NCBI GenBank assembly: GCA_048013815.1
Contig: CM106585.1
Coordinates: 15,252,001 to 15,316,000, forward strand
Reading direction: 5' to 3'
DNA length: 64,000 nt
Source of the DNA: Setoptus koraiensis
Lineage: Eukaryota > Animalia > Arthropoda
Every line of letters starts with the position of its first letter. The first letter of the stretch is position 1. The notes under the pieces are model-generated. The model was not told the origin of the DNA. It searched no databases and was given only the letters and a program-made list of their open reading frames with translations. Of the stretch, positions 1 through 14,587 are shown piece after piece. A program made the translations under genes and the position numbers.

Positions 1-122
1 AGAGCTCCCCCTCCAGGGAAAGGCGAAAGTTTGGCTGTACACATGAAATACAACACCGACCAGGAGAATGCACTGCCTAGGGCACACGACGAGAGTTGCG
101 CAACAAGTTGTCCTCGGTGCAT
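1..122 (-). CDS. Tentative 5' coding segment of an SLC9B/NHA-like Na+/H+ antiporter running off the window
   Basis: Minus-strand ATG at 122 reads MHRGQLVAQLSSCALGSAFSWSVLYFMCTAKLSPFPGGGA. This loosely resembles the recalled NHA N-terminal pattern (PHG.L...W.V.WSI....PGG.LF). Only 40 codons are visible. Confidence 0.25.
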   Translation of the reverse strand, partial: MHRGQLVAQLSSCALGSAFSWSVLYFMCTAKLSPFPGGGA

Positions 123-578
123 CTCAACCTCTTTTTGTTTTTGAAACACTTTTCAATCCGACGAAAAGTTTCAAGTGCGACTCACAAAATAGGCTCTCCA
201 TTTTGATTGTTATATCGCCTTACAAGTTGTTAGTAAAGCACTCACCTGAAATCAAATGAACACAACTGTATGTATGCAGCCCAGATTGAAATCGCATCAT
301 GAAAAAGTTAAAAAAGTGCTACCATTGACAGAAGCTTGGGCCCTGAACTTGATATTGTCATGTTCTGGCGGAATCAGGCATGGAATCAACTCTATTTCGC
401 GACTTGCCTGACTCACCACAACTAGGACAACTTGTTGTAACTTTTGATCAGCTGTGATATGAATCAATTGGTTTACCGTTAACCGCATACATACACAATG
501 TTATGCCGCTTTTTTACGCTTGCTTAAATTTAAACTTTTGCTCGAAAAGTTTAAAGCTTGCCCAATCAATAATGGCGA

Positions 579-1016
579 ATGAGCAACACTCAATATATCC
601 GCTATGTACTGATTGTCCACCACTTTATCACGTTGTACTTAATCACAACACCCACTTTAGGTACCCGATCTACCTTCTCCGATGCCATATATAAAATGGA
701 GGAGGACGAGAAAAATGGATATGGTGAGCAAGCAAACAACAAAAATCCACACCAACAACAGCCTATGCCCGTAAAACAACAACCTCTGGCTTACGGGTTT
801 GTGGAGCCAATGTCCGAGAGGCGACCCACTAAGTACGTCGCAAAGAGACCTCGCAACCCCAACAACAATGTCAACAAAAAATACTTGAAACAAATGATGG
901 AACCGGAATTCAGACCGCGCTATAATGGAGTAAATTTTCCGCCTAGAACGCCTGCTCTTTCATTTAATATGCTATATGGAGCTCCTCCGCTAGCGGCCAA
1001 AGCAAAAGCAGCCTGA
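579..1016 (+). CDS. Hypothetical low-complexity protein or terminal exon
   Basis: 145-aa ORF rich in Q/N/P/K, with a possible acceptor (cactttag) at 660. No recognisable domain. Confidence 0.3.
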   Translation: MSNTQYIRYVLIVHHFITLYLITTPTLGTRSTFSDAIYKMEEDEKNGYGEQANNKNPHQQQPMPVKQQPLAYGFVEPMSERRPTKYVAKRPRNPNNNVNKKYLKQMMEPEFRPRYNGVNFPPRTPALSFNMLYGAPPLAAKAKAA

Positions 1017-1829
1017 TTAATCAGTCAACTTCATGTTAATTGAAAGTATTCTGAGTTAATATTTAAGTAAGCCACCACTATAATTGCTCATTGTGGAGTG
1101 TTAGAAGAACTCACAAAAGTAAAAGCCATAGTAACAGCATAGAGAAGCCGACCCAAAATCGTTGTAAATAGAAGTGAACTACTAATCCAATAATGTATGT
1201 GACCACCACTTGTTAATTGTGTAAACAGATACAGAACATCGCAATGCATTCATTCAAAATTAACTTAATTAAGCCCATTGGTTTAAAAGATTATGTTAAT
1301 AGACAATGAAATGTATAACAACTACGCCCACTAGCATTGGTTGTCATTCGGCTGGACAAGCATGACAAGAAAAGAAAAAAGAAAAGAAATTAATTGGTCA
1401 TCCACTGGTTACGTACATCATCTGTAAATAATCTTCCTTTAATTGTCAACTTTGTGTGTTGCTATAATTATCATTATCATTGTTGATTTCGTTATGTTTT
1501 TCTATAATAATGAAGTTTCTTAGTTAATTAATATACAAATGAGTGTTTGTGAGGTACGTTACAATCAATACATCCACTCGAGAAGCGTGATAATCGTATC
1601 CTTGTAGTTGGAAGCCAAATTTTTACGTAAACCTCACTTCTTTTCCTTTTTTTCATGTTTTATCAAAGAAAGCAAAATAAAAAAAAGTCACAAAACTCAT
1701 TCAATAGACACCTTTTAGCAAATAAGTGATAAGAACTTGTTATGCAAATGTCGATATTTATTATTACACCACAATAGAATTAACAATGCATAAAAGACGA
1801 TGGCATTTACATGTGATGTTTAAGAATAG

Positions 1830-4800
1830 TTAGTCTATATCTGTATGCAAATTAGTTGTTGTCAATTCAACTGGCTGACTGGACATATAAAGTTTACTTC
1901 TTTCGGACGATGGCGACGAGCAGCTGCTCTGGTTATTGTTGGATTGTCCCGCCGTCTTTTCGGGATTGAGTCTCTTCATGTAAACACCATTAGTTGTGTA
2001 TAATTTTGAGGCGAAATCTTCGAATGGTAAACGTTCCTTTTGATTTTGCACTATGGTTTCAATGGATTTGCTTCTTTCTTCAAAGTGACTCTGAAAGAAT
2101 GGTATTATAAAGCGTTTTGCTCTGCTTGCATTTATTGCTGTGGCCCTAACCAGAGAAGACAGGCTACTCTGGTGAACAATACTGTTATTGAATAATGGTC
2201 CAAAAAATGGCACTTCTGGCTTGCATAGAATTTGTATTCTGTAAAATCCTAGAAAAGTTTGCAAAGGATATACAACAATTATAACATCACCAAACTCTGT
2301 TGGTATTATTCCCCGTCGATAATCTCTGCTGTGTTCCGACCATATTATATGTATTTCGTCGTTACCTAAGTGGCGCAATTTGCGATTGAGCGACTCTTCG
2401 TCTGTTGGTGAAACGACTGGTATCCTAGTCGAAACATGAAACATAATTTCAGTTGAATTGTCACAATAATAGGGACTAGTCTCGCCTGTGCTTTTGTTTG
2501 TTTGTAGGCCACCCTTGAAGCCAAGATGATTGGCCAAGTTAACCTCCCAGCCTAATCCGGAGACGAAATCCTCGAAAGCACGACTGCCTGTACTATTGGT
2601 CAGTATGGACGTCTTATCCTCTTGCCCGTTGGCAACATAAATCACAGCTATCTTGTGTGTCTCTCTGCCGGGTTGTTTGTCTAGATTGCGCAATTCCCTA
2701 AGTAGCCTCCCGTTTTTCGTTAGCATATCTATTTTGCTGCGCTTTTCCCAAGTCATATAGCCTAATTGCTCAATAAGTTGCCTACATTTCTCGAATGGTA
2801 GTGCATTTTGCTGCAAGAAAATGGCCTCCTCAGCATCAATCGAATACTGGCCTGTAGTACGGTGGCCGTTGTCACGAATATCTGCCATATGTGTCGACCG
2901 AATCTGTTGGCTGTCGTAAGTGTCAGCTGAGTGGTCGCAATGATTCAACTCTTGAAAACGTTGATTGGTCAACAAGGCAATCATGATCTCTTCAGCTTGG
3001 CCAATCTTGCATTTAGGATTTGAAATACTCTGAGCCGAGTTGCGCTTCTTCAACATGTTCTGCTGAGATGTAGTATTCAGATCTATCTCCGATGGCAGAC
3101 AATGATTAAGCTGATTTATGAGACTCTCTAAATAATCTCGATTGCGCGAAGAGGTAGATGAGCCGCTCAAATCATCGGTAAGTGTCTCATCATGATAATC
3201 ATCGTCTAGATCGTCCCCATTCATATGATGGTTATTGATATCGTTCCTAAATGAGTTGGTGTTCGATAGAACAACGCTACCACCATTTCCGTTGTTGATG
3301 TCCAGGGTCTTTGTCCTCGAGTTATTATCATATTGTAAATGATAATCGTCTTTACTGAAATTTCTACATTCCCACGCATACTTTCCGCAAAGATCACGCA
3401 ATATAATGTGAACTTGAAATGATTTGATATCCAGTTCGGAACCTTGCAATGAAGCCGATGAACTCTGACTTGTCAGTTGGTCCTTATTTGTGCCTTGAAT
3501 AGGCGTTACGGGTGCAGTATTTGTTGATGTTGGCTGAGATGGAGTCACTCCTATGAATGAAATTATCGTAGAATCGTTAACAATGAATATGCAAAGATTC
3601 TCGGCATTCTGAAAATCAGACTCCAGCTCAGATGGCAAATATTCGCTTTCTTCGATGCAACAACTCAGACTTGTAGCGCCCAAATATTTCAAAGGAAAGT
3701 GCCCCAAATAATTCAATAGACGCACATAGAGAAACCTACAGGCGAGTCGGGCGTATTTGAGATCATTTCTATCAGGCGAAAGAGTAACATTTGAGGAGCC
3801 AATGGAGCTGGTTGTTGTTGTTGTGCTATTTCTTGCTGTCTTATTCATCAATTCATTGGTTAAAGTACGATCGCGCTTATCATCACCGTCCTCATGTTCT
3901 ATGGGATAGTTGGAGCTTTCAGGCACTAGAGTGGCCTTATTGTCAGAGTAGCTGGTGGTGTTTTGTCTAAATTGTTCATCGTCTACGATAGATTGAAGCG
4001 TCTGCATAACAAGGTGCAAAAGTATCGGTGACTCCAATGAGGCATCCCCAGCGCCATTGTTTGTATCATTGCCATTACTACAAGAACTACTTTTAAGTAT
4101 AAATTTCAGGCCTGCATTGAAGCACCAATCGTAGAGGCAAAACAATAAAGATGATATAGACTGAAGGGAAAAAGTAGTGGTCAGTAACTCAATTATTATA
4201 ATAATAATATAGCAATCCTCCTAAGTGCACAGAAATTGTGAATGCGTCAGGAACTTACCTCCTTGATATCACTGTGATTGTAGTAACAATCTTGTATTGT
4301 GGCACAAAGTGTCTTGATCGATTTCCTTACCACCCCAGGACAGTTACTGGTTAGGAGATTGGCATGGTCACTGAGCAGTCTCAGCATATCGCAGCCTACT
4401 CGGCAGAGAAACTTGTTTTTTTGCTGTTAACAATTGAGTAAAAAGAACATTTAGACAAATAATCAACAAAAACTACCCAGAACGAAAGGAGTATATAGGA
4501 AACGATAACTAACCGTAATATAAGTTAATATGACGTCAAAATATTTGGCTATGTCGTTATTGATTTGTTTCTCACTCAGTTCCTGGTAGATTTGCACGGT
4601 TAAGGCACACAATGAGAGAGCTTTTGGAATTACTTCCATATTAGCAATCTTGTCGCAATTGCCAAGCAGGGATAGAATTCTATCTCGGAGATCGCCACAA
4701 GCCACCAGAGTTATCTCGTCTAGCGAAGAGTCTAAAATCATCAATTTCTTGATCTGCTTATGTAGACTCAATATTGAGCTCAACAATTGCACTGCCTCTT

Positions 4801-7800
4801 CGCGGGGTCCCTGTCATATGTTCAGGATGGAAGAGCAACAAATAAATTTTTACAATTAAGTCAGTCAACTGTCGATCGAGGAAAGTAAGTCACTAGGTGC
4901 CCCATGAGTACTTACCTCTAATTTTTCCGACAGAATCACTTTGTGACATGCCTCAACTAGATCTCCGGCGAGTATCGTGCAGCCTGGCAGGTTGATAGAG
5001 AATAATGTAGTACCAATGTACCGAATGATGACATTACGTGTCTCGATGTCGCCACAATTCAATCCTCTGTGTAAAGTCTGATACAGAATTGAATAATATT
5101 GAGGCGACAATTCAATATCGTGTCTTCTTACACTTGAAACACAAATGAGCTTGTAAGCAAGCAATTTGCTATTCTTAAATGTATCCGGTAGGTAAGACGC
5201 TTGAAACAACCAAGCAGAAAAATAAGTGTACGGAGGCACCATGCTGGGTGGCGCTGGAGTAGCTTGATTATCTATACTGACGCCCAGATTTTCTCTCGTT
5301 TTGATGAAATCGCTCAATATTTTTGCAAGACATCTCATTGCTACGAAATGGATGCCTGGATCGTTGATTTGATTAATATTGCCGAATAAGCCCAGCATTC
5401 TTCGCCACATGATGATAGAATTTTCTTGTGTCCAACCGCGAACAACTCCACCAGCCAAAACACATTTTCGATCCGCAGACACATCGGAAGATTGTTGCTG
5501 TTGTTTGTTGCTGTTGTCACTTGAAATATTATTTGTCTTATTGTCATTATCCAATGATTGATTCGGACTAGTCATGATTAAATTAGAATCTTTCAGGCTT
5601 GTCGCATCCAATATTGCGTTGGTAGGCGAAGGTGATCTACTGTGATGAGGACTGCAATCAAACAGCTCAGCTTCACATTGTTGTCTCAGGTATTCAGACC
5701 GGAACTTTCTTAGAGTTGTTGGCTCGTTATTGCTATTCAAAAATAAACTAGACTCTGTTGTGGAATACAAATTGGCAAAGCGAGTACTGAATTTGTTGAC
5801 ATTCAAAAAGCCATCACTACAACTTCTGGTTATGCGAGACATAAAAGCTTCATGTTTAGTACCTGTTGCGTCAAATCTAGCCAACAGAAAATTGCGATCG
5901 GCTCCAGATCGTATGGAGCCCATTCTAAATGGCTTCGAGGAGGCTGCATCGCCAGTTCTATAGTTATGCTTTTGGGGACTAATCTGCTTGGATAGATTGT
6001 GTAATTTTGCTGCATGGTCTTGCACAGAGCCATTTTTGAGTGTTTCTACAGTGGAGAAACTCTTCATATTCTTTGGTCGTCTTCTTCTATCTAGAGGCCT
6101 TTCCAATGGGAGATCAGAGAGACTGAGATCGTAGACATGCTTAACTAGAACCCTCGTTAAAGAATCCATAGTTGTGCTCCATTCTTCTAAAAGTTCACGC
6201 CACTTGATTAAACTCGCCATTATTTGTTGGAATCTTTCCCAAAATATGTCAGGGATGTGGACATAAAGATTGGCCCTGATCCAAGAGACGATAAATGTCT
6301 GAAAGAATGCCGGCGCAATCCTACCACCAATCGAGGCCTCTTTTTTAACAGGTGGTTCAGTGGGGAAAAGTTTTCTAGTAACGTACATCATAACGTTCAA
6401 CAGTTGTTCCCATGTTGATTGATTCATATAGATCTTCATAACCATGAACCTGTAGATATTCATAATTCTTTTGCACATTTCCACTTGTTCCTCCAAAGTG
6501 GTGACACTAGATATCGGTGTTACAAAGGCATTTGATGAATTTATTACAAACACTTGAAGTAGATTCGGGAAACTGGTATAGCCGATCCTCTTGTTATGAA
6601 TATCTTGCACAGCATCGCTCGTCGATGAGTTGGGATCTGGCGAAGCATTACAAATCCATTCTTTGTAAACGTTTACTACTCTCTTCATGGATTGAGGTTG
6701 ATAATAGTTACAGAAGGCCTGACGAAAGAGCTCATGTACAATATCGATGTTCTTCGGCCAAGTTCCGGCAACTGTGCGAGCTATATCAAATTCTTTGGAT
6801 GTTACATCCAAAAAATCAACATTTGATGGGGCTGTAGACACCACACTTGTGCTTGTTGGATCGTCTTGTTGAAATCCTACACCACTGATGGAATTTTCGT
6901 TGACTTTGTTGGTTGTGTAATAATAATAGTCATTCAAAGATCGTTCACCTCTATGCTGACCACCGCTTAGTAAATCATCTTGACCAGGCAATGGATCTAA
7001 ACGCATGAATCTTGATAGCCATCTAATCATAATGGACTGATAAATACTCAATCTGTAGGCTTCAGCATTTTGCCCGCTCATACGAACAGGCGAGGCGTCG
7101 TTCGACTGGTGAATATTCATAGCACCCAATTCACGTAACACTGTTGGCGATGTTGGCGTAGAAGTGTTTTTAGGTAGTTTAGAATTAGTATTGGAATTCT
7201 GTTTGGCCCTGTCCAATCTGTCTATCTCATTAGATGGTAGGAGGAATTTAGGCTCATCAAATGAGAATTTATAATTGAAATCCGGAAATAAATATGTCAA
7301 ATAGACTGTCTTGAACATATCAAACAAGAACGCAAAGCATTGTTCCTGTTGTGCGCGAACATTTGGCACCTCCCAAATTATCTTTGTTGTTTGCGTCACC
7401 ATGTAATTGAGGAGGCATTCTAAATAAAATGATATGGAATCACTTGGTTGCAAGTCGCCGGGATGGATGGGCATTACTGGCTCTATCGAGCAAGAACGTA
7501 TTGGAGTGGTCGGATAGGACAATTGCTTGGACAATGTGGGAGTGCTTGGAGTTGATGGAGCCGCCGAGAGTTGCCTGGACACCTGATTTGTTTGTTGTTG
7601 GGGCCCTTGAAAATTTATGTTGCTAGGCCTCTGGGCATTGTTGTTGCCTATCGCAAGATGTCTGGAATGTTGTTGATCTACTGGAGGTGGTTGCGCTGGA
7701 TTAAATTGTCTATATTGTTCGAGGTTGCCATGTTGCTGTTGTTGTTGTTGTTGTTCGTGCATTTGGTCTGCATTGTAATTGAAATGCACATCTGTGTTTG

Positions 7801-8402
7801 GTATGAGATTTGGCACCAACGAGGCAAATATTCTTTCGAGGCCCGGATCTGTGGGATCGGCTATTATTTGGTACCATATGAGAAATAGTCGCATACCTTC
7901 TTGGCGAACTGGCAAAGTGTTATGGTTGTGCAATAACTTTTGCATAACAAATGTTATACTGTAGAATTGCCATCGTTTTTTAATTAATTCCGTATTGAAC
8001 ACAAGTATCTTCTCTAGAACAAACAGCAATACGTCTAGGTCTTCTTTGGCTGTTTTGGTTTGGCGTTGTTTGGCGTTGCCACAATCAAAGCTTGAGAATG
8101 TGTCTATGAAGGTGTAGTAGATAAAACTGCAATGTTGTCTGATTAGCGTGCAAAGCTCATTTCGGTCTGTGTAATCTATGGAGATGTAGATGTAAAATGA
8201 GAATTGAAAAAATAGAATAATAATTAGTATGCATGTAAGATATCAGATTATTAGAGAGTGTAGGGGAAGAGAGTGGACTGTTGTCGATGCACGCACCTGA
8301 CAATTGCCTGAGATACTTCAATCTGGTCAGCGGGTCCTTCTTGAGGTCGAGAACCTTGGACAGGAGCTTCTTTTTGTCGACGGCCACTCGCTTTTGAAAC
8401 AT
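1830..8402 (-). CDS. RALGAPA: Ral GTPase-activating protein subunit alpha
   Basis: Exons 8402-8297, 8175-4916, 4810-4514, 4423-4259, 4160-1830; all GT-AG; 6159 nt, 2052 aa. The N-terminus (KVLDLKKDPLTRLKYLR...QEGMRLFLIW) matches RALGAPA1/2. The C-terminal Rap/Ran-GAP domain contains RETHKIAVIYV...GLGWEV...RHLGNDEIHIIWSEH, with the Asn thumb intact. Confidence 0.95.
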
Positions 8403-9035
8403 GGTCACTCGTGAATGTGACTATCTATTATTTAAACGATATTTGTCCGGGGGCAACTTGACGACGACGACGACCCGTGTATTGCTATTAATACTATTAT
8501 ATAATCTTTGTTGTTGTTGTTGTTGCTACTGTTGGTTGTACTATAATTTATCCGGATATTTGGCGAGGGCAAACAATGTGGCGACAATGGCCACAGACCG
8601 TGCTGGCATGACGCTACTGCTGTGAATACTTGTAAATACTTGTTGAAATAGACCTTGTTACAAATCTAACAACAACAACAACGATACTTGGATGATCCAG
8701 CGACGACAAACACTGGCCCGATGGTATAAAATAACTGATTGCTGCTACTTGTTTACATGTCACACACACTCACTCACACTGTGGACTACAAACAGCTCAA
8801 TACTGTGAGTAATGTATGCGAGTATGTTACATAATAGATGATGATAATTAATAAATAAAACAACTGCTGCTTCATATTCACATTCGTATTCACATTCGTA
8901 TTCACATTCAAAATGCTGGCTGCGCTTTTGTCAATGCGCTCACAACGCAACGAAACTATACAGATTCACGGTAGCAGAGAAAAGAAGCCAATACACATTC
9001 CATTGGACACACACACACGAACATTGTGTGGCGAG

Positions 9036-9346
9036 TAGAGGTAGGCACGGACCGTTCGTAAGGGTAGCCGCCCCGCACAGGTTCGGGTCGGGCTCTATTT
9101 AGAAATTTCTCGCCCATCAGCTGACCGATACTGTACACAATAACACATAATAACATAATCCTCACAAGGAGGTTGTCAGGTTTTGGAACATCCACTGATT
9201 TCGCATTTCAAATCTACATAGATCTCTAACAACGGCACTATTCAACACATTTTTTCGTGGGTATTCGTGGATATCCGCAAATCCGGAACAGAAAAAATCT
9301 TCGACGGGTCGCGGGTGTCCGTCACGGGTATCTGTGTCCACCTCTA
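9036..9346. mobile_element. Non-autonomous hAT-type MITE, 311 bp
   Basis: Imperfect terminal inverted repeats: TAGAGGTAGGCACGGA vs TAGAGGTGGACACAGA (13/16). Flanks GTGGCGAG and GCGGCGAA match 6/8, consistent with a decayed 8-bp TSD. Subterminal CGGGT motifs occur at both ends. Confidence 0.7.
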
Positions 9347-10381
9347 GCGGCGAACAAGTCAAATGGAACACACACACACACACACAGTGTATGCCACACA
9401 GACACACAAACAAACAAACACACAGGTGATTATTGTGCAACAATCAGTTCACCAACGATCAGCTGATCGCAACAATATAGCCACTGGAAAAAGTACTGTG
9501 CCCAGTACATGTAAAGCAGGCAGTAGTTGTAGTAGTGATTGCATCATTGTGCTAATCAGTAGCAAGCTAACCAAATAGAGCTAGTTAACTAAACATTATA
9601 ATTACGTAACAACTTATTGTAAATACTGACAAATTATTTTAATGGCGACATGAAGCCGATAGAGTTGATTTAGCCGGTGAAATACTACTGGTTATGCGCT
9701 GGCCTCTCTGCTGTCATCCATCTATTTGCATCATTTTCGGGGAACCCCCGAAAAAATCTGTCGAGTCTATACTGGCAGAGTTCCACTTGCTTGCACATCA
9801 GGCCAGATGGGGCCACCTTCAATTGATGGCGGTTGTGAGTGCAACTCATCGGTGATCAGTTACCTGTCTGAACTATACAGTGATTAACGGCTGGCAGTCT
9901 CTCACCTTTTTATGGTTTGTTTAACCGTCGCCGGAATTCGCATTCTAAAACCACATGCTTCTTTGGGGTGCAATGTAAAGTGATAAAGTTTTGAAGTTTG
10001 CATCCATCTCAACTATTAACTGACTTAGATCGACACGCTAGACACGTTGGCGCTGTTTCTGTGACGATTCTGCAATGATCGGGTGACATTTTATGTGCAC
10101 GTTAGTGTTCACTATATCCCCCCCATCTTTTATCCAATTCATGATCTAGTCAACGTTTGATTTTATCGAAGCGGTGGCAAGCCGAGCCGGATTGTAACCT
10201 GCTTGTGAATTGTTCACTATCATCAGCGGTAGTTGTGAGTGCTCACTATCTCTGATAATATCTTCCCGCTGTTGCCAATTACTCTACTGGGCTCTGAGTG
10301 AATTGTTGCACCTTGGTTGGTTACTATCAATTTTACCAACAATATTATCCTGGATTCGTTTGCGTCCCTACACAATCAGAA

Positions 10382-13300
10382 ATGTATTTCCTATTTACAT
10401 TCATAAAACCTAGCCTATTATTGACCATCTTAGGCTTGTCAAACTTTGTGGCATCCCATGCCAGAATACCGTTCCCTCAACTGAGAGGCTCTGATCAGAC
10501 TACCCAGATACAAATATTGTCCGAGGTGACAAGAGAGGGCGAAGTGAGTATTTCATCATGTCATGTCCGCATCCCATTGCTGTTGTTGTTGTTATTTTTG
10601 TTAAATAACTATGCTCTTTTCACACGTCAAATCTGCGTCAATCTGATAATTAGACAAAGTATATGTTGGATGAATATGTAAACTTCAAGAGTTCTTCGCA
10701 GCGAATTGCCAAGACTACGTTCAACGATCAATATGGGATCTTGATAGACGGATCAACATCATCGATTCTCAAATTTAAGCCTTATAATTGTGAATTAATG
10801 AAAAGAGTTGACCTCGTTGATAAATGCGGGTTCAATGGCATGTGGTTGAGCGATTTCAAGACTGGCTCAAATGTGTTAGACAAAATAAACAAATCATATC
10901 CCATTGTCGGTGTATCGGCTATCTGGCTGAATGCCGCTAACAAGGCAAGTATTTATTCCAAATTGTCCACTTACAAACATTCGTGGATATTTGTGGACAC
11001 GGAAATGAATTCTAAGATAACATTAATTTTCGACGATCAAGATTTTGCAATGCGTTTAAGCTCTATTGAATTCATGGAGTTGAAAAGCAACAAAATTTTA
11101 TCAATGATAAATGTTATAGGAGTAATGTACAAAACGATGCCGGAAAAAGTATTCAATTTTCCTGTCGTGTTTAACTGTGGTAAAATATTGAAAGAATTGG
11201 GCTTCGAAAGTATTGTCAACGACGAAAACGACGGCTCACTAGAGAAGATAAACATTCATACGTCATCTTCGTACGAAATCAACATGGAAAGTGAGTACAT
11301 TATGTAATAATCTATCAGAAAATCGTGCTTGTATTTCACGTGTATCATTTACACAATTTGTAATTGAATCGTCAATGAAACTCTCAAGTCTCGGCCACTA
11401 GTTTCACCGGTCACAATGAAATGAAGACCAAAACCGACGTTATAGACCTAACAGTGGCAGGAGCCTCATTGGAAGATCTTGAGTCGACAGGTGTCACAAC
11501 AACAATAGGTGACTCTAGAGCTCAGCCGATTGATGTGAGGCTGGTGCACGCTAGAGGATTTAGCGATAAAACCTCTTCAGAGATAAAACAGATATTCGAT
11601 TATACGACTCATGTTAAATACCTGATAAATGGGACGACAAATGAGTGCACGATAGAAAAACTTGGCTCGGAATCACAGGAAATGTCGAAAGTTACTTTCA
11701 AGAACAACAATTTCGCCTTGACTATAGATGATGTGTTTGTGAAAAAGTTGCTTGAGGACAGCGCCGATTTCATTCTAATCAAAAGATGGGTCACCCAGGT
11801 AACTATGCTTACAATAGTTTCCTAGATTACGATTTGTTGATTTACATTGTCTAAAAGACGATCGGCTTTGCATTATTTCTAACCTTTAGAATTTGTTCTT
11901 TTCTTCAGGACAAAACCACTGAATACCTCTATTATGAGCGAGAAGAATCGGATAGCAATCCCATGTTCGGTGGCAAACAAACAACCATTTCAAAAACATA
12001 TTCACGGGTAAGATCTCGTATGGTGGTTGCACGTTGCAAAATGAGAAAATTATAGAGTTATCAGAAATAATGTTCGAATGATTCTTTTTTTCATCAATGC
12101 AGGCCTGCAATGACCCCGCAAGCGAAGCTAGCGATGGACTCCCCAAGAACAACAATCCAGCCTATTTGGAACGTATCAAAGTAACCACCTATAACGAGGA
12201 CAGATCCAAGATAGAGGACACATATTCGTTCATGGTGACATCCTACAAAACAGGCATGTCTCTGTCTGAGCGGGCAAAATTGTTTGATATTAGCGTGTGT
12301 TTCGAACAGGAAGACAAACATAAATGGATCAGAATAAAATATCCCCTGGACAGGAGGAACATCCCTGAATTGGCAAACTATTTTTATAAACAACATTCTA
12401 ACAGAGAGAATTTACAACTAAACTTCTTGCGAGTACCAAAAATAGAGCAAACCTATGAGGATTATTATGTGGTCATGCGAGCCTTACTACTGGACACTCG
12501 GCCGGATCCGTTTGGTAAGTTTTGACCAATCTGATCGATGGTGTCTCACAATTATTGGTTGTCTCACCCGAAATGCCAAATCTTGTGAATGATTATATTA
12601 TATGATTATTCAACAAATTCTTTCTTACAACAAATGAAACAATTTCTCCCAATTAGTTCAATTCGACTCAGTGAGAGAATTGTCTTTCAAGGAGAGCAAT
12701 CCCGAAGAATTGCACATAGCGCCAAACCTAAAACAATGTTCTGACATTTGCAAAATGTACAACTGTCACATGTTTGCCTATTGCGTGAATCACGAATGCA
12801 AGGTGACAACAAAAAGCGAAACTCTAACGGAGGCCAAGTCCAGTTTAAGGGATGATGAGGCCAGCATGTACAAAAAGCGCCTGAGACGCGATTGGTCTTG
12901 CTCGTTGTACATAGAGGACACCAGTTACACGACAATGCTTAAAGAATTGGACGGGCATGTAACAAGCGAACGAATCAAAATGAGACCACTGAATGATATT
13001 TTGGCCCAATTGAGCCACGACGAGTACTTCTACTATCACCCGTCTATGGAGCTCGAGGACAAGTTTGAGTACAAGGAAATTGTGGCCGACGATAAGCCCG
13101 AGTTGACTTTCAGAATACCCAACTTCTGGACCAATTGGTACGGTCGTGAGACGTTGAAATTCGACGAGGAAAAAGAAATGGTGCCCATCTCGATGGACGT
13201 GGAGGGCGACCCGGCGGACGGCCTGTTTTCGTTTGGTCTCGCGGGCGAACAGGACAGCAAAGCAGAGGCCGAGGTTATTGGGCCGGCTTTTCACGACTCC

Positions 13301-14587
13301 ATTGGTAGGCGACGCTTCAAGATAGATCTGAAAGCGCTGTGGCAACGATACGATCCGAGTACAATGCCCATCTCGCTGGTCCCGATGGCGCTAGTGGATC
13401 CGGAGGGCGCCAAAAATATAATCACGGATGATGCCAAAAAGGGATCGGGTTTGCCGAACGACTTCATCGTGATCAATGGCCAATCGTACGATGAGTGCGC
13501 TTTGTTGTGTATCGATAGGGGCGCCGATTGTGGCTCCTTCTCTTACTGTTATTTCGACGGACAATGCACAACGAGCGGCCTCTACGACCGGAAGAGCATT
13601 CTAGATATCACTGAGGACGATTCGCAGTGTGTCATAGTTCAGAGGGATTTTCTGGCCAAATTCTCGCGCCTAGAAGAGCCAGTGTCGGCACCAGAGGCAT
13701 GGGCAGTCGCCGAAGCTGTCGGCAAAGCAGTGAAACTGAAGAAGACTTGGGCCCACGATGAGCACGATTGTGCCCATCAGTGTATGCTGGAGCCAGAGTT
13801 TAATTGTTTGTCGTTTGACTATTGTCCCGACGACACAGCAACTGTGACAGTTGACAAGATGATGAGAGAAACACTGACACAACAAGGCAATAATAACAAT
13901 CTCGGAAATGATGCAATCACTGATAATAATGACAACCACAATGTTGCCTGCTTCTTGCGGGCCACGCGAAAGATAGACGAGCAACCAGTGTTGGCGACGA
14001 ATAGCAAGCTAGCAATTTCTAATAGAAAGCGGAAGTTGGATGGAACGTGCTGGCGTCACCAAAGATCTTATTTGGCCGATTTCAATCGCTTAGATCACAG
14101 AGGCATCACTGGGCAACCGCTGGACGAACTGCAAACGGTATCCCTGGCGGGCGCCACTGTCGATGAGTGCGCCCGACAGTGTGCCGAGAATTACAAAGAT
14201 TGCAATATGTTTCAATTTTGTTATGATGCGAACAGTAACCCACATCAATTGTGCTCAGTGGCAGTGACACCAGTTGTTAGATTGACCAAATCGAGCTTGA
14301 ACTACGAGGCAAATTGTTATATTTATACGAGGAAGAAAGACATCGCCTATAGGAATAATGGCGACAAACAGCAACCCAATGATCAAGTTCTAATTGACGA
14401 CACAAGCGAGCAGACAAAACAAAAAGCAACAAATCTCTCGGTGCCATTGATACTGTGTCTCACAGTGATAACGTTTTTCGTCAGTCTAATCATCGGGGCC
14501 TCCATCGTATTGCAAAATCGTTACAGGGACCAAATAGAGCAAAGGTACCGTCGTTTCAAGGCGCGCTGGCTCGCAAGTTCACGCTAA
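10382..14587 (+). CDS. Type I membrane protein with about four PAN/apple domains (~1211 aa)
   Basis: Exons 10382-10543, 10654-11290, 11389-11798, 11909-12007, 12103-12514, 12672-14587 are phase-compatible (3636 nt). There is a signal-like N-terminus, repeated ECA..C......C.SF.YC modules, a TM helix (LSVPLILCLTVITFFVSLIIGASIVL) and a short basic tail. Confidence 0.8.

Noticed and set aside
5201-7964. Plus-strand ORFs opposite RalGAPA (and similar ones opposite USP7 and the MATH genes)
   Set aside because: Antisense shadows of long coding exons.
8956-9466. Overlapping ORFs 8956-9195, 9162-9443 and 9257-9466
   Set aside because: They lie across the MITE and (CA)n tracts and have no recognisable protein features.
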